Assembly: GCA_965237905.1 (NCBI GenBank)
Contig: OZ250172.1
Span: forward strand, 430,627 to 462,626
Origin: Nitrospinaceae bacterium
GTDB taxonomy: Bacteria > Nitrospinota > Nitrospinia > Nitrospinales > Nitrospinaceae
Reading direction: 5' to 3'
DNA length: 32,000 bases
In this document: one piece after another, positions 17,301 through 24,179 of the stretch
Layout: every line of letters starts with the position of its first letter
Position numbering within the stretch: position 1 is the first letter of the stretch
Position numbers and translations under genes: made by a program
The notes under the pieces: model-generated
What the model saw: only the letters and a program-made list of their open reading frames with translations
The model's database searches: none
Told to the model about the DNA's origin: nothing

Positions 17301-18182
17301 ATGTCATTAGAAACTGTCAGACCTTCTCCAGGCTATGAAGATATACTCCCCATTGAGTACCGGGATCTGGTCAAGCACGGTCAATACGGCCGCGATGTGA
17401 AAGTCAGTGAAATAGGCAAATTCAAGGAACTCGTCGAAGAGCATCCCATGTGCGCCGGTTGTGCCATGACTCTGTTCATTCGGCTCGCGATGATGGCTTT
17501 GCCCAACCCGGAGCACACCATCAACGTTGGAACCGCCGGTTGCGGACGTCTCGCCATCAGCCAGGCCAACATTCCGTTTATTTACGGAAACTATGGAGAT
17601 ACCAATTCCGTAGCCTCCGGACTGAAACGAGCCTTGAAGGTGCGCTTTCCCAACCAGACGAAAGACGTGGTGGTCATGGCTGGCGACGGTGGCCTGATCG
17701 ACATTGGTTTCCAGGGACTCATGCATTCGTGGTTCCGCCAGGAAAAATTCACCACCATCATGCTTGACAACGAAGTGTACGGAAACACCGGTGGCCAGGA
17801 AAGCGGCATGACCCTGAAGGGGCAAGTCCTCAAAATGGCTCCCCGCGGGAAAGAAGTGGATAAAATTGATGCCCTGGGTCTGGCCAAAGTAGCCGGTTGC
17901 GCCTATATCGCGCAAATCGCGCCGACCAACCCTGCTCGCGTCATGCGCACCATTCGGCGGGCGGTTCTCATTGCTCGGGAAGTCGGCCCCACGTATATTC
18001 AAGCCTATACGTCATGCAATATTGAGTACGCCATTCCCACTCCCGATGTCATGCAAGACGCCTTCGATGTGGAAAAACAACGGTATGGTTTCGAGGAAAT
18101 CATGACCGATGAAGCCAAAGCCTATATCACCGAGATTGAAAAGAAACAAAAAGAGCTGGCTAAAGCGAACGTTAAAAAATAA
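17301..18182 (+). CDS. 2-oxoacid:ferredoxin oxidoreductase beta (TPP-binding) subunit
   Basis: MCAGCAM cluster-ligand cysteines. TPP motif GDGGLIDIGFQGLMHSWFRQEKFTTIMLDNEVYGNTGGQ. 293 aa with a Lys-rich C-terminal tail. Confidence 0.92.
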   Translation: MSLETVRPSPGYEDILPIEYRDLVKHGQYGRDVKVSEIGKFKELVEEHPMCAGCAMTLFIRLAMMALPNPEHTINVGTAGCGRLAISQANIPFIYGNYGDTNSVASGLKRALKVRFPNQTKDVVVMAGDGGLIDIGFQGLMHSWFRQEKFTTIMLDNEVYGNTGGQESGMTLKGQVLKMAPRGKEVDKIDALGLAKVAGCAYIAQIAPTNPARVMRTIRRAVLIAREVGPTYIQAYTSCNIEYAIPTPDVMQDAFDVEKQRYGFEEIMTDEAKAYITEIEKKQKELAKANVKK

Positions 18183-18200
18183 TGAGGAGGTTTCAAATCC

Positions 18201-18920
18201 ATGTCAGAAGTTAAACGTTACAATGTACGAATGGCCGGTCTTGGTGGTCAGGGTGTCGTCACCGCGTCTCATATTTTGAGTAATGCGGTGGTCCTTTCCA
18301 ATGGATTCAGCTCCCTAGTGCCTTTCTTCGGTTCGGAAAAACGCAACGCTCCGGTGGAAAGTTATGTTCGGATTTCAAATGAAGAAATCTACGAGATTGG
18401 GGAGATTGTTTATCCCAACGTATTGATCATTTTCAGCGAACAGGTTATCACGCTGGGGAAATCATACACCATGCCGTTCTATACTGGATTGAAGCAGGAC
18501 GGGATCATTTTGATCAATAATAAAAAGCCGATCAATTTCGTTCCGGACGAGGCTCGTGAAATGGAAGAAAAGGGAGCAAAAGTTTACTATCTCCCAGCCA
18601 CGGAAATGGCGAACGAAGTCGCCAAAACTGAGTTGGCCACCAATATGTGCATGTGTGGCGCCATCTCTGCTATTTTTGGCATGCCCGATCTGGTTGCTTT
18701 GGAAGCATCGGTTAAAGATCGGTTCATCGGTAAAGGTATCGTTGTTTCCGGCGGAACCGCCGCTCTCGACAGCGTTATTGAAAAGAAATTCGCCAAAAAG
18801 CAGAAACTGCTTGAGGCAAATATGAACGCCGTCAAAGCGGCACATCAATACGCCATCGATCACAAATGGGGCGTCCATGCGGATGCCAAGGAAAAAAAGG
18901 AAAAAACGGTTGCTGTTTAA
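18201..18920 (+). CDS. 2-oxoacid:ferredoxin oxidoreductase gamma subunit
   Basis: GAGGAGG SD. YNVRMAGLGGQGVVTASHILSNA is the typical gamma N-terminus. At 239 aa it appears to carry about 50 extra Lys/Glu-rich C-terminal residues. Confidence 0.88.
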   Translation: MSEVKRYNVRMAGLGGQGVVTASHILSNAVVLSNGFSSLVPFFGSEKRNAPVESYVRISNEEIYEIGEIVYPNVLIIFSEQVITLGKSYTMPFYTGLKQDGIILINNKKPINFVPDEAREMEEKGAKVYYLPATEMANEVAKTELATNMCMCGAISAIFGMPDLVALEASVKDRFIGKGIVVSGGTAALDSVIEKKFAKKQKLLEANMNAVKAAHQYAIDHKWGVHADAKEKKEKTVAV

Positions 18921-18941
18921 CGAGCACTTATTGGAGAAATC

Positions 18942-19205
18942 ATGTACTACGTTGCTGATGTTAATAAAGAGATTTGCGCCAAGAGCAATTGCCATCTGTG
19001 CACGACTTACTGCCCGGAAGCCAATTGCATCAATTACAGTGAAGAGGACAAGTCAGCCTATGTCTCGGTGGACCGGTGCAAATCCTGCGAAATCTGTGTC
19101 TATATTTGTTCTGATGTTGCTAAAAAGAACGCCATCGAAATGACGTGGATTGAAAATCTGGAAGACCGGTTTGTGATCAAACGCATTGGCCTTGTTCAAA
19201 GATAG
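18942..19205 (+). CDS. 2-oxoacid:ferredoxin oxidoreductase delta subunit (2x[4Fe-4S] ferredoxin-like)
   Basis: 87 aa with two cysteine clusters: CAKSNCHLCTTYCP and CKSCEICVYICS. Confidence 0.85.
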   Translation: MYYVADVNKEICAKSNCHLCTTYCPEANCINYSEEDKSAYVSVDRCKSCEICVYICSDVAKKNAIEMTWIENLEDRFVIKRIGLVQR

Positions 19206-19223
19206 TACTTCTCTTTAGATTTC

Positions 19224-19260
19224 AAAAGGTATTTGGGCCCCGCCCAAATACCTTTTTTTT
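19224..19260 (+). terminator. Strong Rho-independent terminator of the OFOR operon
   Basis: GGTATTTGGGC (19228-38), loop CCC, GCCCAAATACC (19242-52), then T8 (19253-60). The upstream AAAA can extend the stem. Confidence 0.85.
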
Positions 19261-19303
19261 ATTCCGATAAATATTCATTTTCACAAGGGGAACCATTCAA
19301 ATC

Positions 19304-19720
19304 ATGGGAAAAACGCTGGCGATGATTAAACCCGATGCGGTCGAACGCAATCTCATTGGAAAAATTCTGGAGCGGATCGAATCTAACGGATTCCGCATAG
19401 CAGCCATGAAGCGGGCGCAGTTGACCCTGCCTGTGGCCGAAGGGTTTTATTACGTTCATAAGGAACGCCCCTTCTTCAAGGACCTGACCACTTACATGTG
19501 TACCGGTCCGGTCGTGCTTCTGGTTTTGGCCCGCGACAACGCCATCCCGGAATGGAGGAAACTGATGGGCGCCACCAATCCCAAGGATGCCGACGCAGGA
19601 ACCATCCGCAAGGATTTCGCCATCGATATTGAAAAAAACTCCGTTCACGGCTCGGACTCAGCCGAAAACGCGGCGTTTGAAATTTCCTATTTCTTCAGCC
19701 AAACGGAGATTCTGGGTTAA
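19304..19720 (+). CDS. ndk: Nucleoside diphosphate kinase
   Basis: [43 protein letters not shown] and NSVHGSDS (active-site His). Confidence 0.96.
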   Translation: MGKTLAMIKPDAVERNLIGKILERIESNGFRIAAMKRAQLTLPVAEGFYYVHKERPFFKDLTTYMCTGPVVLLVLARDNAIPEWRKLMGATNPKDADAGTIRKDFAIDIEKNSVHGSDSAENAAFEISYFFSQTEILG

Positions 19721-19747
19721 CCGAAAAGTCATCAGGAGAGGAAAATC

Positions 19748-20275
19748 ATGAGACTGGAAATCCGGAAAACCATCGCACCGGCTTTACTCGCGTGGATGAT
19801 GGTTCTCGCCCTGCCTTTCACCGCTGAGGCAGGCTCCAACTATTTTTACCAGCTCTACACCAATCCGGAAAATTTTGGTTTGGTGATCTTCCCTAAAGAA
19901 AGCATCTTTCCTGAATTGGAACAAACCGCCCAATCACTCGGTTTCAAGAAAGTCGAGTCCGGGGAAGCCATCATGCGTTCCGGCAACAAGAAGGATAACT
20001 TTACCTACATGATGCCCAAGGAAGTGCAGAAAAAGTACCGGCTGGAAAAATTCATCATTCTCCAGATTCTGACCGATGGCGTGGGGATTATGGTGGGCAT
20101 TTACGATCAGGAATTCGGGCTCACCCTGCCCACAAAAGTCTTTATAGTTCAAGAGTTAAAGGATAATATCTCAAAAACACTTGATGTTTTTCGCAAACAG
20201 TTGCGGCAGGAAAAAGAGGAAATCGATTGGGTTCCTGGTGCTATACTAAAAAAAGAGTTGATTGGGCATTATTGA
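19748..20275 (+). CDS. Hypothetical secreted protein
   Basis: AGGAGAGG SD. Signal-peptide-like MRLEIRKTIAPALLAWMMVLALPFTAEA. No recognisable motifs. Confidence 0.5.
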   Translation: MRLEIRKTIAPALLAWMMVLALPFTAEAGSNYFYQLYTNPENFGLVIFPKESIFPELEQTAQSLGFKKVESGEAIMRSGNKKDNFTYMMPKEVQKKYRLEKFIILQILTDGVGIMVGIYDQEFGLTLPTKVFIVQELKDNISKTLDVFRKQLRQEKEEIDWVPGAILKKELIGHY

Positions 20276-20293
20276 TTTTTGGAGGACCGTTTC

Positions 20294-20485
20294 ATGCCGA
20301 TTTATGAGTACCAATGTGAAAAATGCAAACAGCAAACAGAGGCTCTGCAAAAAGCGGCCGATCCCCCTCTGGAAACCTGTGAAAAATGCGGAGGCAAACT
20401 CCAGAAAACAATTCCCAATTCCACTTTCCATCTCTATGGAGATGGCTTTTACTCCACCGACAACAAACGCAAATACCTGAAGTAG
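20294..20485 (+). CDS. FmdB-family zinc-ribbon protein
   Basis: MPIYEYQCEKCKQQTE...ETCEKCGGKLQK is the classic FmdB/CxxC_CxxC_SSSS N-terminus. GGAGGA SD before ATG 20294 (the track starts at 20279). Confidence 0.85.
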   Translation: MPIYEYQCEKCKQQTEALQKAADPPLETCEKCGGKLQKTIPNSTFHLYGDGFYSTDNKRKYLK

Positions 20486-20486
20486 C

Positions 20487-20912
20487 ATGATATATATCAC
20501 CCGAAAACTTGAGTTCTGCGCCAGCCATCGGTTGTTCAACCCCGAATACTCCGAGGAGAAAAACGCGCAGGTCTTCGGCCTGTGCAACAATCCCAACGGC
20601 CACGGCCACAACTATGTGATGGAAGTCACCGTCAGGGGCGAGGTGCACCCTGAAACCGGAATGGTGCTGGACCTCAAAGCGCTCAAAAAGCTGGTCAATG
20701 AAGAGATTATTCTCAAAGTCGACCATAAAAATTTAAATGTGGACGTGCCGTTTTTAAAAGACATTATTCCCACCGCGGAAAACCTGGCCATCCATTTCTG
20801 GGAAGTCCTGGAATCCAAGCTGGAAAATGGACAACTGCACGAAATCAAACTGTACGAATCGGATCGCAATTTTGTAATTTACAGAGGAAATTCCCATGAA
20901 AGAGTTGATTGA
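20487..20912 (+). CDS. 6-pyruvoyl-tetrahydropterin synthase / QueD-family enzyme (PTPS-I-like motifs)
   Basis: [55 protein letters not shown]...[12 protein letters not shown]...[11 protein letters not shown]...[12 protein letters not shown] is nearly collinear with the animal PTPS sequence I remember (FSASHRL...[15 protein letters not shown]). Confidence 0.88.
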   Translation: MIYITRKLEFCASHRLFNPEYSEEKNAQVFGLCNNPNGHGHNYVMEVTVRGEVHPETGMVLDLKALKKLVNEEIILKVDHKNLNVDVPFLKDIIPTAENLAIHFWEVLESKLENGQLHEIKLYESDRNFVIYRGNSHERVD

Positions 20913-21450
20913 AAAACTACTAGTCGAACTGGGCGAGGACCCTTCCCGCGAGGGTCTGCAAAATACGCCGGAGCGGGTCGCCAATTCCATGAAATTCCTG
21001 ACCGGCGGCTACTGGGTGAATATCGAGGAGTTGGTCAACGACGCCTTGTTTGAAGATCCCAACACCGACGAAATGGTGATTGTGAAAGACATCGACATCT
21101 TCAGTTTGTGCGAGCACCACATGCTCCCGTTTTTCGGCAAATGCCATGTGTCGTATATCCCAAACGGCAAAATCATCGGAATCAGCAAGATTCCGCGGAT
21201 TGTCGATGCCTTTGGCCGGCGCCTGCAGGTGCAGGAACGCCTGACCACACAAATTGCCAACAGCCTGAACGACATTCTGAAACCGAAAGGCGTGGCCGTG
21301 GTGATCGATGCGCTTCACCTGTGCATGTCCATGCGCGGGGTGGAAAAACAGAATTCATACACCACCACCAGCTCGATGCTCGGCGCGTTCAAAACCAATC
21401 CCAGCACGCGGAGCGAATTTCTGAGCCTGCTTGCAGGGCGCAACCGGTAA
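20896..21450 (+). CDS. folE: GTP cyclohydrolase I
   Basis: 17-nt overlap with the upstream gene. [58 protein letters not shown] and QVQERLT. Confidence 0.96.
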   Translation: MKELIEKLLVELGEDPSREGLQNTPERVANSMKFLTGGYWVNIEELVNDALFEDPNTDEMVIVKDIDIFSLCEHHMLPFFGKCHVSYIPNGKIIGISKIPRIVDAFGRRLQVQERLTTQIANSLNDILKPKGVAVVIDALHLCMSMRGVEKQNSYTTTSSMLGAFKTNPSTRSEFLSLLAGRNR

Positions 21451-21515
21451 TGACCGACAATCCGGCACGTTTTCGTAAACCCTTTTAAAATAAGGAATAT
21501 TTATGCCCACTCGGT

Positions 21516-22568
21516 TTGACATCCCCAAAAACCAAGAGCTATAATGGGGCATTAACCATTCCAAGGGAACGCAATCGTTTGAACGACTCCACCACCAAAG
21601 ATTTACTCCTCGAAACCAGCGAGTACATTCCGGATATATTCGGCACCCAGGACCTCAACCTCAAGCAAATCGAAAAGAAGTTCAACGTCCGCATCACCAC
21701 ACGGGAAAACCATATCAAAATCAACGGCGGACCGAAAGATGTCGAAGCAGTCGAACGCCTGCTCCTGCAATTGCAGGAAATGATGGCCCAGGGCAATAAA
21801 CTGCAGAATGGCGACATCAAATTCGCCATCCGGCTGGTGGCGGAAGACCCGGAGGTGAATCTGCAATCCCTGTTCAGCGAGCGGGTCACCGTATCTCCGA
21901 GAAAAGGGTTCATCACCCCGAAGGGAACCAACCAGCGTGAAATGATCCGGTCGATCCGGGATAGCGATGTCGTACTGGCCATCGGTCCTGCGGGAACGGG
22001 CAAAACCTATCTCGCCGTGGCCATGGCGGTCGAGGGATTTCTCAAACACCAATACAAGCGCATCATTCTCACCCGCCCGGCGGTGGAAGCAGGAGAAAAA
22101 CTGGGCTACCTGCCGGGAGACATTGCCGAGAAAATCCATCCCTACCTCATGCCGCTGTACGACGCGTTGTACGACATGATCGAGTTCAATCAGGTCCAGC
22201 AGATGATCCAGGAAGGCTATATCGAAATCGCCCCCCTGGCCTACATGCGGGGCCGCACGCTCAACGATGCCTTCATCATTCTGGATGAGGCGCAGAACTC
22301 CACCGTACCACAGATGAAGATGTTTCTGACGCGGCTGGGATCCCGCTCCAAGATGGTGGTCACCGGCGACATCACCCAGGTCGACCTGCCCACCGGCACC
22401 CAGTCGGGCCTCATCAACGCCAAACATACCCTGAAACATATCGAAGGCATCCGGACCATTAATTTCAAAGAAAAAGACGTGGTCCGGCACGATCTGGTCA
22501 AAAAAATCGTCCACGCCTACGAGAATGAGCGCACCTCTTCTGCCAATGGCAACTCCAATTCCAGCTAA
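21516..22568 (+). CDS. phoH: PhoH-like ATPase (KH-like N-domain plus PhoH NTPase); start uncertain
   Basis: VLAIGPAGTGKTYLAVAMAV (Walker A), ILTRPAVEAGEKLGYLPGD, FIILDEAQN (Walker B) and MVVTGDITQVDLP. TTG 21516 is the longest start; TTG 21579 has AAGGGA 10 nt upstream and gives a more typical N-terminal length. Confidence 0.9.
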   Translation: MTSPKTKSYNGALTIPRERNRLNDSTTKDLLLETSEYIPDIFGTQDLNLKQIEKKFNVRITTRENHIKINGGPKDVEAVERLLLQLQEMMAQGNKLQNGDIKFAIRLVAEDPEVNLQSLFSERVTVSPRKGFITPKGTNQREMIRSIRDSDVVLAIGPAGTGKTYLAVAMAVEGFLKHQYKRIILTRPAVEAGEKLGYLPGDIAEKIHPYLMPLYDALYDMIEFNQVQQMIQEGYIEIAPLAYMRGRTLNDAFIILDEAQNSTVPQMKMFLTRLGSRSKMVVTGDITQVDLPTGTQSGLINAKHTLKHIEGIRTINFKEKDVVRHDLVKKIVHAYENERTSSANGNSNSS

Positions 22569-22580
22569 ACATCTTGTGCA

Positions 22581-22612
22581 GTCAAGGAGAGACTTGACCG
22601 CTTTTATTTTTT
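22581..22612 (+). terminator. Candidate intrinsic terminator after phoH
   Basis: GTCAAG (22581-86), loop GAGAGA, CTTGAC (22593-98), then CGCTTTTATTTTTT. Confidence 0.5.
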
Positions 22613-22615
22613 ACT

Positions 22616-23179
22616 ATGAATATATTTAATACACTAAAGTTTGAATTGGTTATAGCGGTTCTAATGATTTGGAATCTGTATTACGTTCCGCCAGCCAATG
22701 CAAACCCCGATATAAATAAAATTTGCGACTCCTACAAAGAATTTTCAGCAGAAGCCTATTGGAGTTCTTTTTATGAACTTCCTTTTGTCGCAGAGAAGGC
22801 AGATGGCGAATATATTTATGCACTGAGTCGATGGAGAGACACGAGATGCATCAAGGTTAAAAAGGACACTTTGGAGGAAATCGGACCCCATACCCGAAGT
22901 GCAAAATACTGGATGAAAATATGGATTAATCGTTCTGATTACGATCGCGGACTTTACACCGTAGCTGGGGAGGATGGGAAATCACACAATATTGGTCCCA
23001 AAATAATCGACCAAATGCATGAGGTTTCTGGACTGCGTTTTAAAGAGCAACGAGAATGGCAGCGTTGGTGGAAAGAAAACAGAGATTTTTTGGTCTGGTC
23101 TAATGAAAAAGGTGTTTTGGTAATTGATGATCAAGCGAAGCAAAATGCGAAGAATCCTAGTTTACCAGCGCCTTTTTAG
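22616..23179 (+). CDS. Hypothetical secreted protein in an AT-rich insert
   Basis: 187-aa ORF. Signal-like N-terminus (ELVIAVLMIWNLYYVPPANA). Trp-rich C-terminal box REWQRWWKENRDFLVW. 16/60 and 25/60 G+C at 22621-22740, versus 38/60 in phoH and 36/60 in ybeY sample lines. Confidence 0.5.
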   Translation: MNIFNTLKFELVIAVLMIWNLYYVPPANANPDINKICDSYKEFSAEAYWSSFYELPFVAEKADGEYIYALSRWRDTRCIKVKKDTLEEIGPHTRSAKYWMKIWINRSDYDRGLYTVAGEDGKSHNIGPKIIDQMHEVSGLRFKEQREWQRWWKENRDFLVWSNEKGVLVIDDQAKQNAKNPSLPAPF

Positions 23180-23190
23180 GATAAAAGGCT

Positions 23191-23658
23191 ATGGAAATTT
23201 TGCTCACCAACAACCAGAGTCAATACCCGGTAGACGCCGCCCAGTTCCAGTCCCAAATCGGTCAAGTTCTTGAAAAATTAGGAGAAACCCAGTGCGAGCT
23301 GAGCCTGTTGTTGACAGATGACGTTGAAATTCAAGGGCTTAACCGGACCTACCGCAGCCTCGATAAGGCCACGGATGTGCTATCCTTCCCTCAGGACGAG
23401 GATGCGGTCAACGAATCGGGGGATACCCTGCTGGGCGACGTGGTGATTTCGGTCGAAACGGCGGCCCGTCAGGCGGAGGAGCATCATCTCAGCTTCAATG
23501 AAGAGTTGATCCTGCTGGCCATTCACGGCATACTTCACCTGTTGGGCTACGACCACGAACGGTCCCCGCAAGACGCCCGCATCATGCAAGACAAAACCCA
23601 GGCAGTTTTCGAAACCCTGTTTCCCGGCCGACGTCCCTCGGGAACCAGTAATTTTTGA
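23191..23658 (+). CDS. ybeY: rRNA maturation endoribonuclease YbeY
   Basis: TDVLSFP...GDVVISVE...LAIHGILHLLGYDHE (H..H.....H zinc motif); 155 aa. Confidence 0.95.
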   Translation: MEILLTNNQSQYPVDAAQFQSQIGQVLEKLGETQCELSLLLTDDVEIQGLNRTYRSLDKATDVLSFPQDEDAVNESGDTLLGDVVISVETAARQAEEHHLSFNEELILLAIHGILHLLGYDHERSPQDARIMQDKTQAVFETLFPGRRPSGTSNF

Positions 23659-23689
23659 CCGCGACTGCGCGAACCGGAGACCCGATTGT

Positions 23690-24178
23690 ATGCAAAACCT
23701 CTGGGCCCCCTGGAGAATGGAGTATATCGTGTCGGACAAAACCGCCGAGTGCATCTTTTGCACCGCCCCGCCGGCCAACGATGACCCCGCAAAAAAAATC
23801 CTGCACCGGGGCGAGCATAGTTTTGTGATGATCAACATCTTCCCGTACTCCAACGGGCACCTCCTGATCTCTCCGTACCGGCACCTGGACTGCCTGACCA
23901 AGCTGAACGACGCCGAATTGATGGAAAGCGGCAAGTTGATCCAGAAGTCCATGGACATCCTGCGCCAGGCCTATACTCCGGATGGCTTCAACGTGGGATA
24001 CAATATCGGCAGAAGTGGTGGCGCGGGATTTGAAGACCACATCCACGCCCACATCGTGCCGCGCTGGGCCGCCGACACCAATTTCATGCCGGTGCTGGCC
24101 GACACCAAGGTCCACCCGGAACACATCGAAGGCACTTACAACCGCCTGCAACCGCTGTTTCAAAATTTGAAGCTCTAA
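23690..24178 (+). CDS. HIT (histidine triad) family nucleotide hydrolase/transferase
   Basis: N-terminal LWAPWRMEYI, NIFPYSNGHLLISPYRH and the histidine triad HIHAHIVPRW. Confidence 0.9.
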   Translation: MQNLWAPWRMEYIVSDKTAECIFCTAPPANDDPAKKILHRGEHSFVMINIFPYSNGHLLISPYRHLDCLTKLNDAELMESGKLIQKSMDILRQAYTPDGFNVGYNIGRSGGAGFEDHIHAHIVPRWAADTNFMPVLADTKVHPEHIEGTYNRLQPLFQNLKL

Positions 24179-24179
24179 C

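Noticed and set aside
17307-18002. 231-aa antisense ORF in the OFOR beta gene; similar long antisense ORFs at 21603-22514 (phoH), 25101-25982 (mutS), 29239-30075 (kinase), 4751-5407 and 6561-7088
   Set aside because: Each lies opposite a gene with unambiguous family motifs. Their translations are Arg/His/Gly-rich and featureless.
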